Below are positions 9,367 to 19,896 of a DNA stretch of 64,000 nt, one piece after another. This DNA is from an uncultured Syntrophobacter sp. (GTDB taxonomy: Bacteria > Desulfobacterota > Syntrophobacteria > Syntrophobacterales > Syntrophobacteraceae). The notes below the pieces were generated by a model that had not been told where the DNA came from, searched no databases, and saw only the letters and a list, made by a program, of their open reading frames with translations. The position numbers and the translations under genes are program-made. The stretch spans positions 442-64,441 of the forward strand of contig CAXXDT010000004.1 in assembly GCA_963663685.2 (NCBI GenBank). The letters are read 5' to 3'. Numbering within the stretch: the stretch's first letter is position 1; each line of letters begins with the position of its first letter.

Positions 9367-11852
9367 ACACGCATCCACGCGGTTTCTTTCCACTGTTGAT
9401 CGTCCTAGCGTTGTGCTGGGACGTCGCGACGTCGCACGCGCAGGATTCGACGAGGACGAGCAAGACCATTGGAGCGGTTCTACGCACGCCGCTGCCGCCG
9501 GAAGAACTCAGCCTCTCCGAGAGCGATTCCGAGCTAGTGATCGTCGGTCCGACGTTCACCTACCGCGTCTCCAAATCGACGGGCGCGATCGCTGCCATCC
9601 ATGTGGTCCGTGAGGGGAAAACGGTCGTCGAGTCGACCGGTCCTGTCGATCTCCAGATCGACCGATACCGATTGGCCTCCGACAAGAACGCCGCAAAGCT
9701 CAGTGTCGTCAGCCAGGGCAAGGACAAGATCGTGCTGAAGGCGGAAGGAACCCTTCATGACCCTGAAAATCGCGGCCCTGATGTGGCTTTCACGGTACAA
9801 CACACGTTCTACAACGATGGCGTCGAAGTCTCCGAGGTCAAGCTGACGCCTCGCGACGACTTGCTGATCGAAAAGTCAATGGTGTTTGGCGTGCTTGCCA
9901 AGGGCCGTTTCGACAGATATCTCCACAAACGACGGGATGAAAACGGGGACAATGCCGTTCGAGGTCGCTTGCCCAACGCGGGCGAATCGGTTCGGCAGTC
10001 CACGCTCACCTCCTGCCTGCAGACGTTCAGTCCGGATGCGGCTATGGCCATTTTCACGGACTCTGGTGCGACGCATTTGAGTCGCAAGGGCCTGGACACC
10101 GCCATGGTCGAAGTCATCGGCCGAGAGAACGGTGCAACGCACCTCGCGCTGGCCCAGTATCTGGTTCACGTGGCCCCGGGCGCCGAGCCGTACCGGTTGC
10201 CGGCCAACAAGACGTTCGCGTTCCGCGTAGGCTTGAGCGTGGCGCCCAACCGGCTGCCGCATCCGCGCACGCACGACCTCCGCATGTTCACCTGGATCGG
10301 CGATGCGAAATATCCCTATCCGACCGACGAAGAGATCGACCAGGTCGCACGGTTGGGCTTCACGCTCTTTCAAATGCACCGAGCCGGCACGCCCGGCGAA
10401 CCGCGTCCACCGGTCGGAGAGATCGATCGCGTTGCAAAGAAGGTCCACGAGACCGGCATGCTCCTCCTCTGGGAAGAGAACCCGGACTTGCTCTATGCCA
10501 ACGCGCCGGGCGTGAAGAAGCTCAAGGCCGAGGGCAAATGGTCGCTCTGGCAGGGTTTCAACTACGGCGGCCGATATACGGCTACGATGGATTCCTACTG
10601 CGATCTGATCGCGACTTGCCTAGCCGCGCCCAACGGGCAGGACGAGTACCGGCTGGCCAACATCCGACGCATGATGGACCAGATTCCGGTGGACGGGCTG
10701 ATGCTCGACGACAATCTCCCCTACGAGAACTGCAAGCTCTGGAAGGAGCATGGGCACCCGAGTCCCGTTTACGACTGCCTGATCGAATTGCACGACATGA
10801 ACTGGCGGCGGCGGGAGCTGATGCGAACCCGGTGTCCGCACCTCGTGTTGGTCAGCCACAATGCCAACGGCTTCATCCTCCCGACCGTTTGCGATTTCGA
10901 CGCCCAGGTTTATGGCGAAGGGCGTTCCTTCGATTCGCTGGAGGGCTACTGGGACGACCATGCCGCCACCGTGATGGTTTTGAACGCACAGGGGATGATC
11001 TGGCCCGGCGATACCGAATCGGTCCGCTGTGCGACCGCCGTTGCGCATAACCAGGACCTATTGACCGGCGGCGGCCAGTATACCCAGATCGATTGGCGCG
11101 TTTTCTCGAAGAAGTTTCCCCATGCCCAAGGGGTGACCGACCGCGAGTTGGCCTACGTCAAGGCCTACAATCCGGCGCAATACTATTTCGGGCTCTACGA
11201 GTCGAAACCGTTCTATTTTGCGACGTCCGCCGGCCTGTTCGGCACGACGACGCCGAAAACTTATGCCAGCGTCTATCACAACCAGGTGTGGAACGATTGC
11301 CTCATTCCGGTTGTCAACATGAGCCCCAAGGCCCAGACCACGTCGCTGGCGATTCGTTCGCCACAAACGATTGGCATTGCGCTGGACAAAGACTATGTGC
11401 TCTTCGACATTCATCGACGCCGTGTTTCCGTTCTGCACGGGGATGGCCTGGGCAAGGGATTTGACAAGATCGCCATCCCCGGCGAGAGCATGGCACTCTT
11501 CTACTTGCGTCAACGGCCGACGGAAACCCCCTATCATCTTTGGGGTGGAAAAAGGATTGCCGAGACTTGGGACGATCAGGCCCGAAAACTCACCGTAACG
11601 ATTCATGGGCCGGCCGGTTTGAAAGAAACCGTGTTCTTCGGCGGGGAGCCGGGCATCGCGAAAGTCACGGTGGCGGGCAAGCCGGCCGAGTTCTCCAGGG
11701 CCCCTGCCAGTCAGCTCGTCCATGGGCAAATTACGTTCGCCGCAACCCCTCTGACGATCGAATTGGTCGCATCGTCGGACGGGCGGAACCTGCTGCCGGA
11801 GAAGGCGGTGGCCGCTGGCCCCGAATTGGGCGACCCTCCTCGGAAGCGTTAG
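9363..11852 (+). CDS. Large secreted uncharacterised protein, paralog of 6880-9366
   Basis: ATGA overlap with the upstream gene; signal peptide ending ATSHA; shared blocks PHPRTHDLRMFTWIGD, LFQxHRAGTPG, DLLTGGGQYT, HLWGGKRI. Confidence 0.7.
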   Translation: MNTHPRGFFPLLIVLALCWDVATSHAQDSTRTSKTIGAVLRTPLPPEELSLSESDSELVIVGPTFTYRVSKSTGAIAAIHVVREGKTVVESTGPVDLQIDRYRLASDKNAAKLSVVSQGKDKIVLKAEGTLHDPENRGPDVAFTVQHTFYNDGVEVSEVKLTPRDDLLIEKSMVFGVLAKGRFDRYLHKRRDENGDNAVRGRLPNAGESVRQSTLTSCLQTFSPDAAMAIFTDSGATHLSRKGLDTAMVEVIGRENGATHLALAQYLVHVAPGAEPYRLPANKTFAFRVGLSVAPNRLPHPRTHDLRMFTWIGDAKYPYPTDEEIDQVARLGFTLFQMHRAGTPGEPRPPVGEIDRVAKKVHETGMLLLWEENPDLLYANAPGVKKLKAEGKWSLWQGFNYGGRYTATMDSYCDLIATCLAAPNGQDEYRLANIRRMMDQIPVDGLMLDDNLPYENCKLWKEHGHPSPVYDCLIELHDMNWRRRELMRTRCPHLVLVSHNANGFILPTVCDFDAQVYGEGRSFDSLEGYWDDHAATVMVLNAQGMIWPGDTESVRCATAVAHNQDLLTGGGQYTQIDWRVFSKKFPHAQGVTDRELAYVKAYNPAQYYFGLYESKPFYFATSAGLFGTTTPKTYASVYHNQVWNDCLIPVVNMSPKAQTTSLAIRSPQTIGIALDKDYVLFDIHRRRVSVLHGDGLGKGFDKIAIPGESMALFYLRQRPTETPYHLWGGKRIAETWDDQARKLTVTIHGPAGLKETVFFGGEPGIAKVTVAGKPAEFSRAPASQLVHGQITFAATPLTIELVASSDGRNLLPEKAVAAGPELGDPPRKR

Positions 11853-11893
11853 TCGCCCATCCGTGCAAAATGGAAAATGTTGGATTGACCTGC

Positions 11894-11941
11894 TTGCAGT
11901 CCGCGTACGATTCTGCTAGAATCCGTTTTGTGCATAATGCA
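11894..11941 (+). promoter_or_regulatory. sigma70 promoter with downstream palindromic operator
   Basis: TTGCAG(11894)-N17-TAGAAT(11917) with TG extension, then TGCATAATGCA at 11931-11941. Confidence 0.65.
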
Positions 11942-12064
11942 TGCTTTTCCGTTCCAACAGGGGGTGGTCCCGAAAACGTGACGCCACGCTGACTTTTCCA
12001 TGCACCACGCATCGCCTTCGGATATCATGGCGAACGGTGCCTTTCCCTTTGAGGAGACCTTTTC

Positions 12065-13066
12065 ATGCTCCGCTTTCGTTCCTCGCAACCCGGGGTCAGA
12101 TCGCAGCAAAAGCCAACGCGGAATGACAAGTTCGGTTTTACTTTGGTCGAGCTGCTCGTGGTCATCACGATCATCGGCATCCTCATCGCACTGCTGCTGC
12201 CGGCCGTCCAGGCGGCACGCGAAGCGGCAAGACGCATGCAGTGTACGAACAATCTCAAGCAACTCGGATTGGCCGCACACTCGGCAGGTACGGCCAACGC
12301 TTCGACGTTGCCGCCGTTGTCGCCCGGCAACGGCACGACTTCCGCGATGTCCACAGGGCCTTATCGAGGCGTGACAGGCGCAGGCGTTTTCTTCTGGTTC
12401 CTTCCGTACATCGAGCAGCAAGGCATCTTCGACCAAGCCAAGACAGACGGAAAGCTCCTGAAGATGCCGGCGCCCTACACGGGCAGCGCGGGCTTTCTGA
12501 CGGTTGGGACGTTTCTCTGCCCAAGCGACCCGACGGGCGTTCTGAATACGGGAAGACCGGCCGCCACCTATGGCGGCGCCAATCTCTGGGGCGCTAGCTG
12601 TTACGCGGCCAACTACCTTGTCTTCGGCATGCCGACCGCCAACACCGCAGAAGCTCGCCTGAAGGGTGAGCCGTCGTTTAACACGACGTTCCCCGACGGC
12701 ACCTCATCGACCATCCTGTTCACCGAACGCTATGCAAGTTGCGGCACCGCCGGTTCTCCCACGGCCGACTATATCTATTCGTGTCTGTGGGGCGACGGCA
12801 GTTGGGGATTTCGCGCTTCCTTCTGCGTGAACCAGGATCCTCAAGACCCGACCACCAAAGGTTATTTGACCTGTCTGACTCCCCAGGAATCGCCGGATTG
12901 GCTCACGAACTGCCTGGCGCGGAGGGCGCAGTCCGCGCATTCCGGCGCCATCAACGTGTGCCTGGCCGATGGCAGCGGGCGATCGGTCAGTTACAGCATC
13001 GACTCGACGACATGGGGATACTTGTGCGACCCCCGCGATGGCAACGTCATTAGTAAAGACTGGTAG
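12065..13066 (+). CDS. DUF1559 family prepilin-type N-terminal cleavage/methylation protein (H-X9-DG C-terminal motif)
   Basis: [47 protein letters not shown]; FLCPSD; [11 protein letters not shown]; [13 protein letters not shown]. Confidence 0.95.
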   Translation: MLRFRSSQPGVRSQQKPTRNDKFGFTLVELLVVITIIGILIALLLPAVQAAREAARRMQCTNNLKQLGLAAHSAGTANASTLPPLSPGNGTTSAMSTGPYRGVTGAGVFFWFLPYIEQQGIFDQAKTDGKLLKMPAPYTGSAGFLTVGTFLCPSDPTGVLNTGRPAATYGGANLWGASCYAANYLVFGMPTANTAEARLKGEPSFNTTFPDGTSSTILFTERYASCGTAGSPTADYIYSCLWGDGSWGFRASFCVNQDPQDPTTKGYLTCLTPQESPDWLTNCLARRAQSAHSGAINVCLADGSGRSVSYSIDSTTWGYLCDPRDGNVISKDW

Positions 13067-13196
13067 AATCTCAGAACGCACCGACAAGTGAACTGCGAGG
13101 GTTGCTTTCATGCGATGCTCCATGGGACAAGAAACCGTACGAAATGCGGCGGCGGGTGAGCGGTTTCACGTGAGAAGGATTGCCGCCGGTACAGAA

Positions 13197-13613
13197 ATGT
13201 CCGACACGCCCTTTCGGTTCGCCGCATTGGTCGTCTGCACCGTATTGCTCGTTCTGGGAGCTTCCGGCTGCCACCGGCGCGTCGTTCGGCCGATTCCGAA
13301 GACATATCCTGTCACAGGGAAGGTAGTGGTGACGCAGGGGCAGTTCTCTGCGGCCGACTGCATGATTCAGTTCGAGCCGGAGAATCCGGAGTTGATGGCG
13401 CAGGGGATCGTCGCAAAGGACGGTACGTTCTCGCTGAACACGATCTTTCACGAGGATCGGTTGCCGGGCGCTACCGAAGGCCCTCATGCCGTCCGAATCA
13501 TTCCACCCCTGACGCGCGGCGGCGCCAATACGACGCCGGTTGTGACCCAAGCGTCGTTCAAGGTCGAACCGAAGGAAAACTTCTTCACCGTCAAAGTGAC
13601 CGTCGGCAGATAG
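13197..13613 (+). CDS. Small lipoprotein typically paired with DUF1559 genes (carboxypeptidase-regulatory-like fold)
   Basis: Lipobox-like GASGC; YPVTGKV, DGTFSL, GATEGPHAVRI motifs; directly after the DUF1559 gene. Confidence 0.75.
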   Translation: MSDTPFRFAALVVCTVLLVLGASGCHRRVVRPIPKTYPVTGKVVVTQGQFSAADCMIQFEPENPELMAQGIVAKDGTFSLNTIFHEDRLPGATEGPHAVRIIPPLTRGGANTTPVVTQASFKVEPKENFFTVKVTVGR

Positions 13614-13625
13614 GAGAATACGGCT

Positions 13626-14717
13626 GTGCGAACGGTTGTCGGCTTGGCGACGGCTCTTGTGTGCCTATCCCTGACAGGCCATCGCGCGCATGCGGTCGCG
13701 CCGGAATCACCTCCCGCCGACCACTCCCGGCTGATGGCTTATCGCTCACGCGACGGACGGGAAATACCCGTTCGCTCCGCCGAAGATTGGGCCGTCCGCC
13801 GCAGGCAGATCATTGAGGGCATGGAGGCCGCAATGGGCAAGCTGCCGGATCGGTCGAAACTGCCCGCGCCGGAGTTCAGAGTCAAGAGGCAGATCGAGGG
13901 CGACCGTTTTCATCGCCTGGAAATTGCCTACCGGGTCGACGAGGACGAGTGGGTTCCCGCCCACCTCTACCTGCCGAAGAACCGGCCGGTCGGGCAGCGC
14001 GTCGCCGCAGTTGTCGCGATGCACGGCACGACGCAACTGGGCAAGAAACAGCTTTCGGGCGAACCCGGCTCGCCGCCCAATCGCTGCTATGCCGTCGAAC
14101 TGGCTCAGCGGGGCTATGTTGTTCTGGCGCCCGACTATCCGTCGTTCGGCGACTATCCCTGCGACTTCCGCGATCCGAAATGGGCCTCCGGCACGATGAA
14201 GGGCATTTTCAATCATATTCGCGGCGTCGATCTGCTGGTCGCACGCGAAGAGGTCGATCCCGAGCGGATCGGCGCGATTGGCCATTCTCTGGGCGGACAC
14301 AACGCCATGTTTCTCGGCGTGTTCGACCCACGCATCAAGGCCGTGGTTTCCAGTTGCGGCTGGACCCCGTTCCACGATTACTACGGCGGCAAGCTGGTCG
14401 GTTGGACCTCGGATCGCTACATGCCCAGGATTCGCACCGAGTACCAACTCGATCCGAACCGGATGCCGTTCGATTTCGACGAGGTGGCGGCGGCGTTGGC
14501 CCCGCGGGCGTTTTTTTCGAACTCGCCTCTTAGGGATAGCAATTTCGACGTGGCGGGGGTGAAGAAGGCAGAGCCTCGGGTGCGGGCGGTGTACGCTTTG
14601 CTGGGGGCTTCCGATCGTTTCGAGGTTGTCTATCCCGACGCCGGGCACGATTTTTCGTCCGAGGTGCGGCAGGTCGCGTACCGCTTCCTCGACCGCGCAC
14701 TGGCGCAGCGGCCGTAG
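13626..14717 (+). CDS. Secreted alpha/beta hydrolase (dienelactone hydrolase/acetylxylan-esterase-like)
   Basis: GTG start after GGAG; GHSLGG nucleophile elbow; ELAQRGYVVLAPD; C-terminal AGHDF. Confidence 0.88.
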   Translation: MRTVVGLATALVCLSLTGHRAHAVAPESPPADHSRLMAYRSRDGREIPVRSAEDWAVRRRQIIEGMEAAMGKLPDRSKLPAPEFRVKRQIEGDRFHRLEIAYRVDEDEWVPAHLYLPKNRPVGQRVAAVVAMHGTTQLGKKQLSGEPGSPPNRCYAVELAQRGYVVLAPDYPSFGDYPCDFRDPKWASGTMKGIFNHIRGVDLLVAREEVDPERIGAIGHSLGGHNAMFLGVFDPRIKAVVSSCGWTPFHDYYGGKLVGWTSDRYMPRIRTEYQLDPNRMPFDFDEVAAALAPRAFFSNSPLRDSNFDVAGVKKAEPRVRAVYALLGASDRFEVVYPDAGHDFSSEVRQVAYRFLDRALAQRP

Positions 14718-14958
14718 CCATTCGCTCCAACACTGCGTAATGCCAAATGCATACCGCAGGCGTGCCGCTCGTTGCCCCCCATGCGAAGAAACGTCGAAAG
14801 GACTAGAAGGCAAGTCGTAAGAAACGAGCTGCATCGCTTGGCCCACAGGGGGGATAGCTCAGCGAAGAATGGCAAATCATGGATGTTTTGCGGGTTTTGA
14901 CCGGTCGTGCCCCCTCCAGAAAAATCGGAGAAATCCTCAGCTTTCGGCGTTCTGGCTC

Positions 14959-15009
14959 TTGCAATTCTCGCAGTTGAATGCTACGATGGGCGAAGTTGTG
15001 CATAATGTA
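14959..15009 (+). promoter_or_regulatory. sigma70 promoter with downstream palindromic operator
   Basis: TTGCAA(14959)-N17-TACGAT(14982) with TG extension, then TGCATAATGTA at 14999-15009. Confidence 0.6.
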
Positions 15010-15199
15010 AAGTCTGGATCCTGACACCGCTTTGCCGCCGCCGACTCTGAAACAAGCGATCCAGAAAACGCCACACGACCACGAACCGAGAGGATGAAAG
15101 CGATACCCATGAGTGCCGTTCAGAGGGCCTGATACTCGGCCGTGTGTCGCGGCCAGCCCAAACGTCGGCAAACAGTTCTCTTTTCACAGGAGCGTTGCG

Positions 15200-16029
15200 A
15201 TGTCTCAGAAACGAATTGCGTTGCACGTGTTGTTGGCCGCCTCGCGGTGGTCGCTTGCGGCGTCAACTTGGCGTCGGCCAGTTGGGTCGATCATTTCGAT
15301 AGTGCCGGGCTCGATTCGGCATGGACCAAGAGCCATCCCGCCGCCACCGACGGATACTACGCTGGAACGGGGCAGGCTACGGCCTCGACCTTGGGCCTCA
15401 GCGGCGACTCGTACCTGTATCTGTCGTCAGCCTCGGGAGCCCCCTCGGGCAATATGAATCTGGTAAACCTGACCCGCTCGATAAGCTCCGCGGGCTCGTC
15501 CGACTTTACCGCCTCGATGGATGCCTATCTGTATCACAACATCGATGGAGAGGAGCCGAGAATGGACCTCAAAGTGATCGATTCCAACGGCTATGTGATT
15601 GCAGGTGGCATACTCGGCGACTTTTATACCAGCACATCCACTTACGCTGCGGCTACGGGCTTTAATTTTGACGGGACCAACGCCACGCCTAAGGATGTGA
15701 ACAATGACAGCAACGTTATTCACTGGCTGGGAGTGAGTGACGCCTTCGCCCGCATGACGATTTCGCGAGCATCCAATGAGTATACATTGAGTGTGCTTGC
15801 GGGTGCAGACGCCGACCATCTGACGGTGAAAGGGTCGTGGGATCTGGGTAATTCGTCGCGAGTTGTGGATTCGCTTCAGCTTGGCATGTGCAATGTGGCA
15901 GCCTTTAATAACCCCGTATCGATAGACAGGGTGGCATTTTCTTCGGTTCCCGAGCCGTCCTCGATCGTGCTGAGCCTGTTCGCCGGCTTTGGCCTGGCCG
16001 CTTATGCCTGGCGTCGTCGCAAGGCCTAA
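15200..16029 (+). CDS. PEP-CTERM sorting domain protein with an apparent 1-bp frameshift in the signal peptide
   Basis: AGGAG then ATG 15200 gives MSQKRIALHVLLAA. One extra C at 15240-15241 joins it to LAVVACGVNLASA-SWVD... C-terminus VPEPSSIVLSLFAGFGLAAYAWRRRKA. Confidence 0.8.
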
Positions 16030-16077
16030 TGGAATAAGAACACACGGAAGAATCTACGAGTAGTGTGCGGGATAGGG

Positions 16078-16113
16078 GGGGGGCGGCGGTTTGACTGTCG
16101 CCCCCCTTTTTTT
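16078..16113 (+). terminator. Rho-independent terminator
   Basis: GGGGGGCGGCGGT-TTG-ACTGTCGCCCCCC stem followed by T7, after the PEP-CTERM gene. Confidence 0.75.
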
Positions 16114-16165
16114 CCAATAGGCAATCGCTTATAAGGGATGCGTACCGCACAAGGAGTTGACGCCC

Positions 16166-17196
16166 GTGCGAATCACCTTGTTGAATCTGTGCATCGCGGC
16201 CTGCTGGCTTTCGACCACTGCCGCGGCGGTCGCCGAGTACCGCTGGACCGAAGTGACCAAGGCGGCGACCTTCTGCAATCGCGACGGTGCGGGCGCCGTG
16301 ACGTTCAACCATCGAATGTGGATACTCGGCGGCTGGGCGGACGACCCGGCGGGAGGCAAGGCACACGTCGGCTATAACGACGTCTGGAGTTCGACCGACG
16401 GCTTGCGCTGGACGCAAGTACGCCCGAACACCCCCAACAATGCCGGCGTTTGGGACGTCCGCCACTGCGGCGGATATGTCGTCTTCAACAACCGGATGTG
16501 GATCGTCGGCGGCGACCCGCTCCTGAAGCACTACCAGCCGGACGTCTGGAGTTCGACCGACGGCGCGACGTGGGTGCGTGCGACCGCCAATGCGCCGTGG
16601 GGCCAGCGACACCTGCACGTCACCATGGTGCATGACGGCAAGATTTGGGTGATGGGCGGGCAGACGTTCCCCACCTATGTCCCGGGCGTTCCGGAAGCGT
16701 TCTTCAATGATGTTTGGAGTTCTTCCGACGGTGCGAACTGGACGCGGGTCACCGAACACGCCGCTTGGTCGCCCCGGGGAATGATCCAAGGAGGAGTCGA
16801 GTTCAACGGACGGATGTGGCTGTTGGGCGGCGGCACCTACGACACGCCCAGCAACCGAAGCGGCTCTTCTACAACGAGGTTTGGAGTTCTTCGGACGGCG
16901 TCGATTGGCGAAAAGACGCGGTCGCGCCGTGGGCGCCGCGCCAGTACCACAGCGTCACCGTGTTCGACAACAAGATGTGGGTGCTCGCCGGCGGGAACAC
17001 CGACACGCCGGGCTTCAATCGCAAAGACGTCTGGTACTCGTCGGACGGAGTGACTTGGACGGAGGTTCACACGCCTTGGCAGCCGCGTCATGCGGGAAGC
17101 GCGATGGTCTACGACAACCACTTGTGGATGGTCGCCGGCAGCAACCCCGACTCCAACCCTATCGGTGACGTCTGGAGGTTGGACATTGTTCCCTAG
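16166..17196 (+). CDS. Secreted Kelch/galactose-oxidase-like beta-propeller protein with an apparent 1-bp frameshift at ~16848
   Basis: AAGGAG then GTG 16166. Repeats (F/H)xx(R/K)(M/I)WxxGG...(D/E)VWSSxDGxxW continue in the 16714..17196 frame; one added C restores YDTPQQPKRLFYNEVWSS. Confidence 0.8.
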
Positions 17197-17254
17197 CCGG
17201 AGATCGCAACACTACGCCGACCACGGGGCGTCCAAGCCGCTGACTTCCGCCTCG

Positions 17255-17290
17255 CCCTCACCCCTTGCCCCTCTCCCAAAGGGAGAGGGG
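17255..17290. repeat. REP-like palindrome (CCCTCACCCC..CCCCTCTCCC-AAA-GGGAGAGGGG)
   Basis: Perfect 10-bp stem in intergenic DNA. Confidence 0.55.
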
Positions 17291-17307
17291 ACGGAAAACG
17301 GATTGCC

Positions 17308-17500
17308 ATGATGACATCGACTTCCGCCGACGCACGATTCGCCGCAAAACTCAGAGAGATTGGCCTGCAATCGCCGCCGATGCCTGTGCCCAAAGGCGCC
17401 TACAAGGTGCTCAAAACCGTAGGAAGCATGGTCTATGTCTCGGGCCATGTTCCCGTCACGGCCGCAGGCGAGTTCGTGACGGGCAAAGTGGGCGCCGATC
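17308..17500 (+). pseudogene. RidA/YjgF-family protein, N-terminal fragment cut at GATC
   Basis: LREIGLQSPPMPVPKGAY...MVYVSGHVP...GKVGADL matches a RidA N-terminus; homology stops at GADL. Confidence 0.75.
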
Positions 17501-17541
17501 TTCGTTTCGAGATCGTTCAAACGTTCGGCGGAACATATCAT
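17497..17541 (-). pseudogene. N-terminal stub of the next gene of the minus-strand operon (MICSAERLNDLETKI, possibly Ldh_2-family), cut at GATC
   Basis: AGGAAG SD upstream of ATG 17541; co-oriented with the ABC operon. Family guess rests on 15 aa only. Confidence 0.35.
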
Positions 17542-17629
17542 GATTGAACTTCCTGAGCCGCCCCACGGGCCATTGTGGCGCGGGGCGGCTTTACACTGGG
17601 CATGGAGCGGAGTGCGGCATGTGTTGAGG

Positions 17630-18364
17630 TTACGGGTGCAGGACCTGGCTCAGAAAACGCTTCGTTTCCTCTCTTTCCGGATTGCTGAAGAACTCCTTGG
17701 GGGGTTTGACCTCAACAAAGTTCCCGCTGGTGAAGAAAGCGATGCGGTCTGCGACTTCCTTTGCGAATCCCATTTCGTGGGATACCACGATCATGGTCAT
17801 GCCGTTTGTGGCAAGATCGCGCATGACGTCCAGAACGCTCTTGATCATTTCCGGATCAAGGGCCGAAGTGGGTTCATCGAAAAGCATGACGTCGGGCTTC
17901 ATGGCGAGTGCTCGGACAATGGCCGCACGCTGCTGCTGGCCCCCGGACAACTGGTGGGGATGCGAGTGAATCTTGTCGGCGAGGCCCACCATCTGGAACA
18001 GGGAAACGGCGTGTTCGGTGACTTCCTTTTTGGGCCATTTGTGGATCTTCACGGGTGAAAGAATGGCGTTGTCCAGGATGGTAAGGTGCGGGAACAGGTT
18101 GAAGGATTGGAACACCATCCCGATGTGCTTCCTCACTTCACGGAAATTTCCTTTGTGAACCACCGTATCGTTGAAGCGGATGGTCCCCGAATCCATGGTT
18201 TCCAAGCCGTTGATGCACCGGATGAAGGTGCTCTTGCCGGAGCCGCTCGGCCCGCACACGACGACCACTTCCTGCCTGTGCAGTTCGAACGATACGTTGT
18301 CGATGACCTTGAGGGGCCCGAACGATTTGACCAGGTTTTCTACTGAAATGACGATGTCTGACAT
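17630..18364 (-). CDS. Polar amino-acid ABC transporter ATP-binding protein (GlnQ-like)
   Basis: [41 protein letters not shown]; true start MSDIVISV. Confidence 0.95.
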   Translation of the reverse strand: MSDIVISVENLVKSFGPLKVIDNVSFELHRQEVVVVCGPSGSGKSTFIRCINGLETMDSGTIRFNDTVVHKGNFREVRKHIGMVFQSFNLFPHLTILDNAILSPVKIHKWPKKEVTEHAVSLFQMVGLADKIHSHPHQLSGGQQQRAAIVRALAMKPDVMLFDEPTSALDPEMIKSVLDVMRDLATNGMTMIVVSHEMGFAKEVADRIAFFTSGNFVEVKPPKEFFSNPEREETKRFLSQVLHP

Positions 18365-18405
18365 GATATCGGCCTTCTGTGAACTCAGCGGCTGATGCTT
18401 CAGCG

Positions 18406-19066
18406 TTAAAATACGTGGATGCTTTTCCCCAGGATCTTTTCCCTGCTCAGGCGTTCGCCCCAGTCGGCGAGCATCTTGAGGCAGTGGCACACGACGAAAT
18501 AGAACAGTGCCGCGTAGAAAAAGATCGGCAGCGGCATCATGGTTGCCCCGGAAAGGTTGAGCGCCATTTTGGTCAATTCTACGTAGCCGATGACGGAAGC
18601 AATGGCGGTAACCTTGACGAGGAGAACCAACTGCCCGACTACCGCGGGGATGATGAGGAGCAGGGACTGGGGAAGAATGACATAATAGATGCTCTGCAGG
18701 AATGTCATGCCGATCGCTTTTGCGGCGTCGCGCTGCCCCTTGTCGACGGCTTCCAGCCCTCCTCTGACGATCTCGATCATGTAGGCGCCGTTGGACAGCA
18801 CCAGGGCGAGTACTGCGGCCGTAAAGGGATTGCTGCCCGTTGGAATCGTGAAGTAACAGATGAACATGAGCAGAATGGTCGGGGACCCCGCGCAGTACGT
18901 AGACGTAGAAGCCCAGGAGCTGGTTCAATACCGGGATTTTCAGCACGCGCAACGTCCCGCCCGCCACGCCGACCAGCAGGGAGAGCACCAGGGCGAGGGG
19001 CACGAGCTTCAGCGTCGGGAGGAAGCCCTTGATCAGCAGGACCTTGATGATATTCAAATGCCACAT
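18406..19066 (-). CDS. Polar amino-acid ABC transporter permease with an apparent 1-bp frameshift at 18881-18884
   Basis: TAATG overlap start. Removing one base from GGGG gives [14 protein letters not shown]; [10 protein letters not shown]...[15 protein letters not shown] loop. Confidence 0.85.
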
Positions 19067-19737
19067 TAATTCCATCGTGGTGCTCCTCCCGCCGCGAAGA
19101 CCCGTTCCAGCCTGGATCCGGCGTATTGGCAGAACCAGAAAAGCAGGACGTAAATGACGGCTGCGGACCCGAAGGCGGTGAGCGAGCTGAGGGTCAGGTC
19201 GTTGATGTAGCCGGCCGCACTGGTGACTTCTTCAATGGCGATAACCGTGAGGATGGCCGTGTCCTTCAGGATGTATGAACTGTGGCCCACCAGGGTGGGG
19301 ATGACCTTCCTTACGGCCTGCGGCAGAATGACGAACCACATGGTTTGCAGGGTGTTCATGGCGATGGACCGGGCGGCTTCCCACTGGCCCCTGGCAATGC
19401 TCTGAATGCCCCCGCGGACGATTTCGGCGATGAAGGCGCCTTCGTTCAGGGTGATCGAGATGACGGCGGCCTCCGGCGCGGACAGGACAATCCCCACGGA
19501 AGGCAGGCCGAAGAAGACGAAATAGATCTGAACGAGGAGTGGAACTTCCCTGCACACGTTGATGTAGGCGACCAGGATCGGGTTGAGAAAAGGAATCTTG
19601 AGACTTCTCAGCACGGCCACGATCGATCCGAAGATAAGCGAGGTCACCAGGCCGATGAGGGTGTACTCGATGGTGACGAGCGTTCCCTTGAGCAGCACGG
19701 GATAGTATTTTGCCAGAACGTAGAACTCGAAATGCAT
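19066..19737 (-). CDS. Polar amino-acid ABC transporter permease
   Basis: [17 protein letters not shown]; [10 protein letters not shown]; [11 protein letters not shown]; ILPQA; LKDTA. Confidence 0.95.
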   Translation of the reverse strand: MHFEFYVLAKYYPVLLKGTLVTIEYTLIGLVTSLIFGSIVAVLRSLKIPFLNPILVAYINVCREVPLLVQIYFVFFGLPSVGIVLSAPEAAVISITLNEGAFIAEIVRGGIQSIARGQWEAARSIAMNTLQTMWFVILPQAVRKVIPTLVGHSSYILKDTAILTVIAIEEVTSAAGYINDLTLSSLTAFGSAAVIYVLLFWFCQYAGSRLERVFAAGGAPRWN

Positions 19738-19896
19738 AGGTCCCCTTTTGCCGCTTGCTTGAGGGCTCTCCGCGGAGAGGGCACGATGCCCGGGGGGTTC
19801 TCCGCGGGGAGCGTATCGGCAAGTTCTCTTGCCGCTGAAACGTTTAAATCACTTTCCTCGGAAGCGGAATCCCGCGAAATGTGACGCAGCCGGGTG

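Noticed and set aside
17630-19075. 481-aa ORF as a permease-ATPase fusion
   Set aside because: Artefact of the frameshift at 18881-18884; separate permease and ATPase frames are evident.
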